This document shows, piece after piece, positions 17,511-27,254 of a stretch of 64,000 bases of DNA; the stretch's first letter is position 1, and each line of letters begins with the position of its first letter. Position numbers and translations under genes: made by a program. This DNA comes from Desulfatiglandales bacterium (GTDB lineage Bacteria; Desulfobacterota; DSM-4660; Desulfatiglandales; HGW-15). The notes under the pieces are model-generated. The model worked only from the letters and a program-made list of their open reading frames with translations. It searched no databases and had not been told where the DNA came from. Where the stretch lies: NCBI GenBank assembly GCA_963667015.2, contig CAXXJJ010000004.1, forward strand, positions 3,552,001 to 3,616,000. The letters run 5' to 3'.

Positions 17511-18743
17511 TCAGGCCCACAGAAGGTCAAAGGGAGCGGCCCACAAATCATCACCAAAAGAAACCGTTGTATTACCTGTATAAAGAATCACTCCGACAAA
17601 TAAACGATCTTTTGCAATATTGTTTTTGAACCATTTCATGTGTCTAAAGTCATTTTTATCAACTGCTGATCCCGCTTTAATCTCTATTCCGAGTAATGCA
17701 TTGTCTTCTCTTTCAACAATAAAATCGATTTCCCGTTTTTCTCTGTCCCGATAATGGAAAAGCTCATAAAGCCCATCTCCTGCATCTATCTGGGCCATGA
17801 TTTCATTAAATGCAAAAGTCTCTATCAGTTTCCCTGCGCGGTCTGAGTCCAGCCGAACCTGGTCGATATTCCATTTCAGCAGGGAAGCCATAAGACCACT
17901 GTCAGCCATAAAAAGCTTACTCTGTTTGCCTGCCCGGGCATAATCAGTTTTAGTCCAGGGTGAAATGCGTTCTACTAAATAAAGAGACTCCAATGCATTA
18001 ATGTAGCTTTCGATTGTTTTTCTCTGGATAGATAGTCCGGCTCCTATGGCTGATATATCCATGAATTTGCTTGACCATGCAGCAAGAACATTTACCAGTT
18101 CTATCATTGCATTTTTTCTATGAATTCTTGCTATATCTTTTAAATCTCTTTCAAGAATAGCGTTTATATAATCAGTATGCCATCGCTTTCTGGCGCGATC
18201 CTGAAACGTTAAAGCTTCCGGGAATCCTCCTCTGAAGGCAATTTCCAGAAGGGCGTCACGATCGTAATCAGTATGTTTTTTTTCAAATGTCTGTTCAAAA
18301 GCCGATTTAATAAAATCAGGATTGTTATTACTGATCTCTCCCAGAACTAAAGGGCGCAATCGTATTTTACTGATTCGGCCGGCGAGGGATTCCCTGACAG
18401 CAGGAAGAGACTGAATATTAGATGAACCGGTTAAAAGATATTGGCCTGGAGTATTGTCCATATCCACGGCTTTTTTAATAGCCGGAAGTAACGATGGAAC
18501 ATGCTGCGCCTCATCAATAATCAGCGTCTTTGTGCGTCGTTTTACAAATCCCTGAGGGTCAGTTTCAGCAGCTGCCCTGAGTGTGCTGTCATCAAGGGTT
18601 CTGTATTCTATATCTTCAGCCTCCAGACTTCGTGCCAGAGTGGTTTTGCCGCTTTGCCTCGGGCCGGCAAGAAGCAGCACCCTCCTTTCGAGCATCAGGT
18701 TATTAAGGGTCGCTTTTTGCCATCTTGGGTAGAATTCTGTCAT
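17511..18743 (-). CDS. AAA_14 ATPase with DUF4143
   Basis: GPRQSGKT, IIDEAQ, ESLAGR, GGFPE, KLFMADSG, REIDF..IEIK. Confidence 0.92.
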   Translation of the reverse strand: MTEFYPRWQKATLNNLMLERRVLLLAGPRQSGKTTLARSLEAEDIEYRTLDDSTLRAAAETDPQGFVKRRTKTLIIDEAQHVPSLLPAIKKAVDMDNTPGQYLLTGSSNIQSLPAVRESLAGRISKIRLRPLVLGEISNNNPDFIKSAFEQTFEKKHTDYDRDALLEIAFRGGFPEALTFQDRARKRWHTDYINAILERDLKDIARIHRKNAMIELVNVLAAWSSKFMDISAIGAGLSIQRKTIESYINALESLYLVERISPWTKTDYARAGKQSKLFMADSGLMASLLKWNIDQVRLDSDRAGKLIETFAFNEIMAQIDAGDGLYELFHYRDREKREIDFIVEREDNALLGIEIKAGSAVDKNDFRHMKWFKNNIAKDRLFVGVILYTGNTTVSFGDDLWAAPFDLLWA

Positions 18744-18883
18744 ACTGTAATAATCCCCAGTGATATTAATATTTTTATAGTCGCTATTTTTATACTTTAA
18801 AATACGCTATATTACAATAATTATATCCGCGATATTGGCATTTATGCAATAAAGCAACAAAATTTTGTAAATCTGAGTCTGGC

Positions 18884-18965
18884 GTCAAACCAGGCTAACT
18901 CATTGTAATTAATCTATATACTCTTATAAATACCTTGTTTTCAGATCTTGTATTGCTGTTTTCAG
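18884..18965 (+). repeat. 82-bp direct repeat, copy 2
   Basis: GTCAAACCAGGCTAACTCATTG...GCTGTTTTCAG; matches copy 1. Confidence 0.88.
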
Positions 18966-19136
18966 GTGTGAAAATATCAAGTTTAATTTTAGATATTCAC
19001 ATTTTTATGATTAGAAACAGAAAAATCGGATATTTATTTCATAGAAATACATGACTCTCCAGTCTATTGCTTTCTTTTCTTTTTTTTAATATCTTCATCC
19101 AATTATAAATCAATTACTCACTGAGACATCCTTTAT

Positions 19137-20387
19137 ATGGCCATTAAATTTATACACACAGCGGATATACATCTCGGCAAAACCTACCGCAACGCCCCCG
19201 GAGAAGCAGATCGTTATGAAGATTTTTTTCTATGTCTTTCGGGCATTGTTGAAGACGCGCTGAATGAAAAGGTTGATTTTGTACTGATATGCGGCGACCT
19301 GTTTCATGAAGGCCAGATCCTTCCCAGAACCTTTGCAAAAACCATTGAAGTTCTTCAGCCACTTAAAAATGCAGGCATTCCATGTATTGCCATTGAAGGG
19401 AACCATGACTGGATTCATCGTCGCAACAATATCTCCTGGATGGAGGCCCTGTCCGAGATGGGTTATATACGTCTGCTGCGTCCGGGCAGGACAGAGGACG
19501 GCGGTTATCTATTTGATACCTTTGATGAAGAAACCGGTATGGGCGGGCATATTGAGATCAATGGCCTGAATATATACGGCCTCGGTTACATTGGAGCACA
19601 GGCCGGCAGCCATGTTGAACGCATATGCAATGCAGTAACCTCAGATAACAACCTGCTGCTTTTTCATGTGGGCATTTGGAAATATTCTCCTGTTGAAATC
19701 GGCAACATGAAGCTTGAAGAGGCATACCCCCTTGCCGATAAATTCAGGTATGTGGCTCTTGGTCATGGACATAAACCATATGTGATTGAAACTCCTGAAG
19801 GAAAGGCCTTTGCATATAACCCCGGCGCGCCGGAAAGGGTCAACTTTGGCGAAGAAAAGTATGACAAGGGATATTATGTTGTGGTAGCGGAAGATGGAAA
19901 ATTTAGGCCAGAATTCAGGCCGACCAATCCCCGTCCAATGATGGTAGAGTCAATTGACTTGAATGGTTCTTCTAATGCAGAAGAGGCCATTACCGCATTT
20001 TGTAAACAAATTGAAGAAAAACTCGCCACTATATCTGATGATCGTTCTCCTTTAATTGAATTGAAACTCATTGGAAAAATCAGATTCCATCCCTTTGAGC
20101 TGGGTCGTGAGAGGTTAAGGCTTGCGCTTGAAGAAATTGCTGCCCCGCTCCACCTTGAGATTATTAACAGGCTTTCCCTGACTTCCCGGGCTGGAGGAGA
20201 AGAAATTGTTAGAAAGTCACTTGCTGAAATTGAACATGATGTTCTGCTGGAATTGATAGGTGCACACAGTGATTACCAGGACAGAAAAGAAGAGCTTGCA
20301 GAACTGTGTCTATCTATCCGGGACATTGTGCTTAAGGGAGATGCCGGTGATGATGAACTGCTGGGTCTTTTGCAGGGGGAAGAATAG
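19137..20387 (+). CDS. sbcD: SbcD/Mre11-like exonuclease
   Basis: HTADIHLG, CGDLF, GNHD, FH, ALGHGH, YNPGAPE metallophosphoesterase motifs. Confidence 0.9.
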   Translation: MAIKFIHTADIHLGKTYRNAPGEADRYEDFFLCLSGIVEDALNEKVDFVLICGDLFHEGQILPRTFAKTIEVLQPLKNAGIPCIAIEGNHDWIHRRNNISWMEALSEMGYIRLLRPGRTEDGGYLFDTFDEETGMGGHIEINGLNIYGLGYIGAQAGSHVERICNAVTSDNNLLLFHVGIWKYSPVEIGNMKLEEAYPLADKFRYVALGHGHKPYVIETPEGKAFAYNPGAPERVNFGEEKYDKGYYVVVAEDGKFRPEFRPTNPRPMMVESIDLNGSSNAEEAITAFCKQIEEKLATISDDRSPLIELKLIGKIRFHPFELGRERLRLALEEIAAPLHLEIINRLSLTSRAGGEEIVRKSLAEIEHDVLLELIGAHSDYQDRKEELAELCLSIRDIVLKGDAGDDELLGLLQGEE

Positions 20388-20390
20388 ACA

Positions 20391-22829
20391 ATGCAGATTC
20401 TCTCGATACATCTTAAAAATATAAAACCCCACCGTGATACAGAACTGCAATTTGTAAGCGGAATAAACGTGCTCTCCGGTAATAATGGAGTTGGTAAAAG
20501 CACCATATTTGAGGCGATCGGCTATGCATTGTTTGGTGTTAATGCCAGTGACTTTGTAGGTAATATTGACCGGTTCATTACTATTGGCGCAAAAAAAGGT
20601 GAGGTAGCTGTTACCTTTATGACTGACAGTGGTGAAACCTATAAAATCTCCAGAAGTGTAGGGGCCGGATCAAAGTGGCTTTTACATAAAGATACCGAAG
20701 GTATTTTTGAGGTTGAAGAGCATGCAGGAAGCTCGGAGACCGAGGCGCGCATCAAGGAGCTGCTCGGGCTGGACAGCGGCAGGTCTCTTGCTGATCAGTA
20801 TAAGCTTGTTATCGGCCCCTTTCAGAATGACTTCCTCGGGCCATTCGTTATAAAGCAGCCGACCAAAAGGCAGGAGGCCTTTGATGAAATTCTCGGCATA
20901 GATGCCTGGCGAAAGACATACAAGGGCACCAGCACCATGCTGTCATTCGTAAAAAATAAAATTGAAATAATAAAGACCGAGATAGAAGGCAAGCAGGAAC
21001 AGGTCACGGTTTTGCCGGAACGGAAAAAGGAACTGAAGGAACTGCTTGCGTGTATCGAAGCCGAACAGAAAACCCTTACAGAAAATCAAAAGAAATTAAC
21101 CGACACAGAGAAGCATCTTTTAAACCTGGACAAACAGGAAAAGGAGGCAAACAGGGTAAAGGCAGATATTCAGCTTCTTGAAAGCCGCATACGTGATGGA
21201 AAGGGAAAGATAACTGATCAGGAAAAGAGGGTAAAAGAATCCGAAAAGGCCTTCGGTCTTATGGAAAAAAGCAGGGCCGGCAAGGAGGCCTTTGAAAAGG
21301 CCGATGCAAAATTAAAGACCCTGCGGGCACAGGAGAAAGAGCGGCGTGAGTTAGAAAAAAATATCAATGAGCTTGAAAAGGAAAGCTCGAGCCTGAAACA
21401 GAAAATAAAACATGAAAATCAGGAAGTCGATAAAGCTGATAAACAGTTTGCAGAAGAGGAAGGCCGGTTAAAGAAGGAACAACAGGATCTCTCTCCCGAT
21501 AAAAAGATTGAAGAGATAGCCGCACGCCTGCCTTCTCTTAAAAAGAAGGAAAAGGATCTCAGCCTTTCAAAGGGTTCCTTAAAGGGAAAACTGGACGGCC
21601 TGAATGAAGGCCGGGAAAAACTTGCTGAAGGGACTTGCCCCTTTTTTAAGGAGCAGTGTCAGAATATTGTGGGCAAGTCACCTGGAGATGTTTTTACCTC
21701 AAGGATGGATGAGATTAAAAAACAAGGTTTGGATATTGATAAAACGCTGGAAGAGCTGACCAGGGAAATCAAAGAGGCGGAAAAAGCGGTTAAGGAGATC
21801 GACACAGTAAAGGTGAAATCCGAAGCAGTTGAAAGGCAGCTTAAAACCCTTACAAAAAAGCGGGAAGACAATAATATAAGAAAATCTGAAATAGAAAAAA
21901 TTGTAAAGCAGCAGCAGGAAGCGGAAAAGAAAGTCCTTGCAAAAAAAGCGGAGTTTGAAAAATACAACAAGCTTGAAGATGAAATAAATTCAACTGAAAA
22001 ACTTAAAACAGATAACCAGTCTGCCAGGGATGCCTTTTTTGCTAATGAAAAAGAAGCAAAGGACCTTGAAAACAGGCAGAAATCCCTAAAGGATATGTTG
22101 AAACTGATGGAGGAACTGAAGCAGTCTCTTACAGCAAATCAGAAGGCATACGAAAAAATAGAAAAGGAATATAATCCCAAACAGCATGTTGAAGTTCGCA
22201 TGGTAAAGGAAAAGCTGGTTGAAGATACTGCAGCAGTAAAACAGAAGATAGAATCTCTTAATAAAGACAAACTTCGCCTTGAAGAAGATATTAAAAAAAT
22301 GGAGCAGATAAAAAAGGATATTAAAGAGAAGCTTATTCAAAAGAAAAAATATGAAGAAAAGGAAGAGCTGGTAAAGTTTCTGAGAAACAGGATTTTTAAT
22401 AATGTTTCGGCACAGCTTTCAGAACGCTTTAGAGAAGAGATAAGCCTCAGGGCGGATATTATTTATCGAAATATCTCAGAGGCTGATGAAGAGCTTTTCT
22501 GGGGGGACAAATACCAGATTGTACTCAGAGATATGCAGGATGGAGATGTAAGGGAACGCACTGACGATCAGCTGTCCGGCGGGCAGATAATGAGTGCTGT
22601 TGTTGCTTTACGTCTTGCCTTACTGCAGACAATCGGTGCCCGGGTTGCCTTTTTTGATGAACCCACCTCCAACCTTGATGCAACCCGCAGGGCAAACCTG
22701 GCCCATGCCTTTCGTGCAATTGATATCGGCCGTGAAGAGGTGACCGAACACTGGTATGATCAGCTGTTTCTCATAAGTCATGATGTTAATTTTACCGAGA
22801 TAACAGATCAGATTATTTTGATTGAATAA
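20391..22829 (+). CDS. sbcC: SbcC/Rad50-like SMC ATPase
   Basis: Walker A GNNGVGKS, long coiled coil with central CPFFKEQC, LSGGQ, FFDEPTSNLD, ISH. Confidence 0.9.
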   Translation: MQILSIHLKNIKPHRDTELQFVSGINVLSGNNGVGKSTIFEAIGYALFGVNASDFVGNIDRFITIGAKKGEVAVTFMTDSGETYKISRSVGAGSKWLLHKDTEGIFEVEEHAGSSETEARIKELLGLDSGRSLADQYKLVIGPFQNDFLGPFVIKQPTKRQEAFDEILGIDAWRKTYKGTSTMLSFVKNKIEIIKTEIEGKQEQVTVLPERKKELKELLACIEAEQKTLTENQKKLTDTEKHLLNLDKQEKEANRVKADIQLLESRIRDGKGKITDQEKRVKESEKAFGLMEKSRAGKEAFEKADAKLKTLRAQEKERRELEKNINELEKESSSLKQKIKHENQEVDKADKQFAEEEGRLKKEQQDLSPDKKIEEIAARLPSLKKKEKDLSLSKGSLKGKLDGLNEGREKLAEGTCPFFKEQCQNIVGKSPGDVFTSRMDEIKKQGLDIDKTLEELTREIKEAEKAVKEIDTVKVKSEAVERQLKTLTKKREDNNIRKSEIEKIVKQQQEAEKKVLAKKAEFEKYNKLEDEINSTEKLKTDNQSARDAFFANEKEAKDLENRQKSLKDMLKLMEELKQSLTANQKAYEKIEKEYNPKQHVEVRMVKEKLVEDTAAVKQKIESLNKDKLRLEEDIKKMEQIKKDIKEKLIQKKKYEEKEELVKFLRNRIFNNVSAQLSERFREEISLRADIIYRNISEADEELFWGDKYQIVLRDMQDGDVRERTDDQLSGGQIMSAVVALRLALLQTIGARVAFFDEPTSNLDATRRANLAHAFRAIDIGREEVTEHWYDQLFLISHDVNFTEITDQIILIE

Positions 22830-22832
22830 AAG

Positions 22833-23075
22833 TTACAATCCTGCAGCTGATATGATATCGGGCACTACCTCCTCCTTGCCGATAGCCATTATGTGAACAC
22901 CGTCACACATCTTTTCATCCCTGATCCTTCTTATCATTCGACGGGCTGTCTCAATACCTTTTTCCAGCTTCCGCCCCTTGGGGGCACTGTCCATTTCATC
23001 AATCAGGCCCTGGGGCACGTTCCCGCCTGCGACATTCTTATTCATAAATCTTGCCATTCCAGGTAAAGGCATCAT
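22833..23075 (-). pseudogene. metF: C-terminal fragment of methylenetetrahydrofolate reductase
   Basis: GMARFMNKNVAG..VP..LIDEM...GIETA...CDGVHIMAIGKEEVVP is the MTHFR C-terminus; only 80 aa present. Confidence 0.75.
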
Positions 23076-23438
23076 TCTTCAATACTTTTAATCAACTCAT
23101 TGGCAATATTAGAACTTACAATCCTCATAATGCTTTCCTGTGAATTCCCGAAACTCAACAGATTGATACTTCCATACCAGACAATCTTTTGGTCCATAAT
23201 CGCAAACTTTTGATGTATACCGGATTTAAAAACAACTTTTATCCCTTTGCTCATTAATAAATCCAGAGCTTCGTTTACAACTTTTTGATCCTTTTCTTTA
23301 AAATCTTCTATTGGCCTGGTTATCACGATAACGCGTGTTTTATTCTGTAATGCAACTTCAAAATATTGAAACATCTGTGAAATCCTACCTTTTTTCACAA
23401 AAGGGCTGACTATTAAGATCTCTTTTTTTGCACTAATA
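23072..23438 (-). pseudogene. PLD (HKD) nuclease domain, detached 3' part of the primase-helicase gene
   Basis: AKKEILIVSPF...HQKFAIMD..VWYGSINL. Joins in frame to the helicase when the IS is removed (SNDVISAKKEIL). Confidence 0.88.
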
Positions 23439-24555
23439 TTAACCCGGCAACAAAATACTTAACAAATGGATCGTATTTTGTTATAACACGATCATGGAAA
23501 AAATAGACGCAAGGAAACTCAGCACTGATGCCCAACAACAAATTCGTAATCAAGTCATTCGACTCCGAAAACAGGGACGAACGCATAATGAGATCAGTGC
23601 CATTACAGGAGTGAGCCGATCCATTTGCAGTACATGGTGGGCTCTTTATCAAAAAGAAGGTAATAAAGCCCTTAAAATTAAAAAGCGTGGCCGTCCAAAG
23701 GGCAGTTGCCGCACGTTGACACCTGATCAGGAAAAAGAATTGCAAAAAGCTATACAAGACAAATGCCCTGACCAAATGAAATTACCATTTGCTTTGTGGA
23801 CACGCATTGCCGTACAGCAACTCATCAAACAATTGTGGAATATAGATATGCCGATCAGAACTGTTGGCGAGTATCTGAACAGATGGAATTTTACTCCACA
23901 AAAACCACTGAAGAAAGCCTATAAACAAAATCCAAAAGCAGTCAAAGCTTGGTTGGAGACAGAATACTCGGATATTTCCAAACGTGCAAAAAAAGAGACC
24001 GCGGAAATTCATTGGGGGGATGAGACTGGATTGTGTAACGACAGTTACCATGGAAGAAGTTACGCTCCTCGTGGTGAAACACCGGCGATTAGGCTTCATC
24101 CCAGGTGCCAGCGCGTCAACCTGATTTCCTCTGTCACCAATCAAGGTAAAGTTCGTTTTATGGTTTATAAAAACAAGATGAATTCCCAAACGATGATCAA
24201 ATTCATGGAACGATTGATCAAAGATGCTGATAAAAAAATCTTTTTGATTGTAGATAATTTGAAAGTCCATCATAGCTATATTGTCAAAGACTGGCTGAAA
24301 GAACATGAAGACAAAATTGAGTTGTTCTTTCTTCCATCATATTCACCGGAATTAAATCCTGATGAATACCTAAACTGCGACCTAAAGGTCGGTGTACATT
24401 CTGGTATTCCAGCCAGAACAAAAAAAGAACTCAAGCAAAAAGCTATTTCTCATTTGAGAAAGCTTCAAAAACTACCTGGACGTGTTAAAAAATATTTTAA
24501 ACACCCTAAGATTGCTTATGCTGCTTGATAGTCTCCTATTTAATTGCCGGGTTAA
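23439..24555 (+). mobile_element. IS630-family insertion sequence
   Basis: Terminal inverted repeats TTAACCCGGCAA and TTGCCGGGTTAA, with TA at 23437-38 and 24556-57. Confidence 0.93.
23494..24528 (+). CDS. IS630 transposase (DDE)
   Basis: WGDETG, IVDNLKVH, LPSYSPELNPDE; N-terminal HTH. Confidence 0.95.
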   Translation: MEKIDARKLSTDAQQQIRNQVIRLRKQGRTHNEISAITGVSRSICSTWWALYQKEGNKALKIKKRGRPKGSCRTLTPDQEKELQKAIQDKCPDQMKLPFALWTRIAVQQLIKQLWNIDMPIRTVGEYLNRWNFTPQKPLKKAYKQNPKAVKAWLETEYSDISKRAKKETAEIHWGDETGLCNDSYHGRSYAPRGETPAIRLHPRCQRVNLISSVTNQGKVRFMVYKNKMNSQTMIKFMERLIKDADKKIFLIVDNLKVHHSYIVKDWLKEHEDKIELFFLPSYSPELNPDEYLNCDLKVGVHSGIPARTKKELKQKAISHLRKLQKLPGRVKKYFKHPKIAYAA

Positions 24556-27097
24556 TAACATCATTGGAAAAGACAGGTAAAAAATTATCTCTATTAAAAA
24601 TGATATTCGGTGAGGACGGCTCTATCCCCTCTCCTTTAATCTTATATCCCATAGACGCATAGCCATTGAGACGCCTTTGGTACATCCTTTCCAGCATCTT
24701 TACATGGATATCCACATAATCATATATAAGAACCTCCTTTTTATTTTCAAACAAACGATGGAGTCTTCCTGCATACTGCTGTAAAGTCCCCTTCCAGGAT
24801 ATTGGCATTACCAGGAATAATGTATCAAGTCTCGGTTCATCAAACCCTTCTCCTATGTAAGGACCAGTAGCTACAAGGGCAATATTTTTATCACCCGGTA
24901 AGCCCTTAATGTATTCAAGAACTTCACGAGCTTTTTTTATTCCCATTTTTCCGGTCAACGTCAGAACATCGGGGATCTTGTCTTTTAGTTTCTCCGAAAG
25001 CATTTCAACATGATCCGTCCTCTGGGAAAGCACAACACAGTTTCTGCCAAGTTTATAATTCTCTAGAACATCTTCAATAATCTGCTGATCCCGGAAATCA
25101 TCTCCTGATATCTCGGAGTATACATCATTAATGGATAATTCTTTTTCATTCCTGTCAAAGGGCATTCTCAGTGAGGTAAACCTCGGAATAACAAAGTGAT
25201 CAAAGGGGCGGTTCTCTGCCTGTTTTTTGGGATCATCGCGATATCGTATCGGACCGCACTGCATTAGCAGAATAGGATGATGACCATCTTTTCGGGTGGG
25301 TGTTGCAGTAAGGCCGTAAACATACCTGGCATTAGCAGTTTTTAAAATGTTTTCATAATTAAAGGCAGGGGCATGATGGCATTCATCAGCAATGATCATC
25401 CCATAGTCTTTTATGCAATCCTTAACCTCTCCCATGCGTCCCATTGACTGCATAACAGCGATATCAACTATTCCATTTAAAGTATTTTTCCCCGCACCTA
25501 ATTGACCAATAATATTTGATTTCTTTTTTCTCCCCCTTTTTTTGATAGCTGGATTATCCGCTTCAGGTAAGACTTCGTTAATAACGAGAAACTGTTTTAG
25601 CCTATCCATCCACTGATTAAGCAAACCAATCCTGTCAACAAGTATGAGAGTATTTACCTTTCTTTGTGCAATCAACTTGATTGCTACAACTGTTTTCCCA
25701 AAGGCTGTGGTTCCGGAGAGAATTCCAATATCATTACTCAATAACTTTTCGATTGCTAATGTCTGCTCTCCCCTCAGTTGACCATTAAATTCTACATCAA
25801 TTCCTCTGCCATGGTTGGTTTTATCAATGAATTGGCATTCAACTTTCAATGATTTAAATTCTGCTGTAAGCTCCTCTTCGCAGCCTCTTGGCAAACAAAG
25901 ATAATCCTTTGTTTCCTCCGCGCATGTAATGATTCTTGGATACCCATAGGTTGATAAACGCATCGCCTGCTGCTTATAAAACATTGGATTTTTGAAGGAA
26001 GCTATTCTTTTCAGGTGATTCTGCCCCTTTTCAGAGATTCCTTTTTTCGGAATAAAAAGCATGTTTGACCTTACAATGCTGATTGCATCCGGATAATCAG
26101 TTTTATCCAGACTGACTTTTTTAACCGTTTCCCATGGTTTTTGATCTTCCTCTTTATCGATTTTTAACTGACCCAACTCATGTCCCTGACATAACTCGGC
26201 TATTAAACTTCCTATCCGATTTTCGGATATTTTCTTGATTTCTGAAAGGTAGGCCCATTGATCTGAATATGGATAAAATTTTTCATCAACGAACTCGCTG
26301 TTTTGATGCTTACGTGCTGATTTTTGAAATGGAAGGGCTATCAGGTTCCCGAAGCCTCCTTTGGGTAGAGTGTCCTGACTTGGAAACAGTCTATCATAGG
26401 ATTTAAATTTAAGTTCATGCCTTCTGTTCATGGAAAAGGTTAAAAGACCTGTTCCGAATTTTCTTGCAAGAGATGCAGACACAGGCTCTTCAAAGAAAAA
26501 CCATATGTGCGCACCATTTCCGGATTGTGAACGCTCCACAGCAACCGGAATGTCAAATTCATTACATACTTCTCTTATTATTGTGATATCTTTTTTCCAC
26601 CCGTCATCATCAAAATCTATTGCGAGAAAATAACAGGTTTCTTCAGGCAGCATGGGGTAAATACCGGCAACTACATTTCCTCTAAGGTGGTTGTCTATCA
26701 CTTTCTCGTTCAAAGCCGCATATGAACTGTTTTTACACTTTGAGCATGGAATTTTCGGCTTCCCGCATATATCTTTTTTCCACTGGTTCAGACAAACAGG
26801 AGAATATCCGGATGTAGATTTCTTTTTATTCTCCCATCTTGCAGCATAGACATCGGCACGACCTTTAAACAGGGATATAAATAATCTGATTTTTGAGATC
26901 GAATCTGACTTGTTATTTATTTGAATTGATTTTGAATTATCAGTGACAGAATTATTGCTAATGGATTGTTTTTCAGTGTTATGGTCTTTATGTGGATTTT
27001 CACCAAGCTTTATTTTTAAGCGGTTATTTTCTTTTTTTAAGTGATCAAAATCCTCCAGTAATCGGTTATATTTTTTAAGAAGTTCCTGATAGTTCAT
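24536..27097 (-). pseudogene. AEP primase-like (TOTE-type) plus SF2 DEAD/DEAH helicase, interrupted by IS630
   Basis: LFKGRADVYA, FLAIDFD, ERSQSGNGAHIW, GNLIALP (AEP); TAFGKT, DECHH, TATP, QYAGRLHR (SF2). The last residues are IS-derived. Confidence 0.88.
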
Positions 27098-27145
27098 TAT
27101 AAGCTTGTTATTTTAGTGTCACATCAAAAGTGAAACATATCTATT

Positions 27146-27213
27146 TGTCATTTCAGCCAATGGGAGAAATCCTGCTAACAAAAAACAGGATCTCTCCTTT
27201 CAGTCGAGATGAT
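27146..27213. repeat. Palindromic intergenic repeat (TGTCATTTC...GAGATGA type)
   Basis: TGTCATTTCAGCC..GGAGAAATCCTG and CAGGATCTCTCC..GTCGAGATGA; related half at 16876-16905 and a short end at about 2901. Confidence 0.55.
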
Positions 27214-27254
27214 ATTTGGTGGATGATATGAGTTGTTATTATCACAACCAAAGA

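Noticed and set aside
23413..24306. Minus-strand ORFs of 120 and 174 aa
   Set aside because: Antisense to the IS630 transposase.
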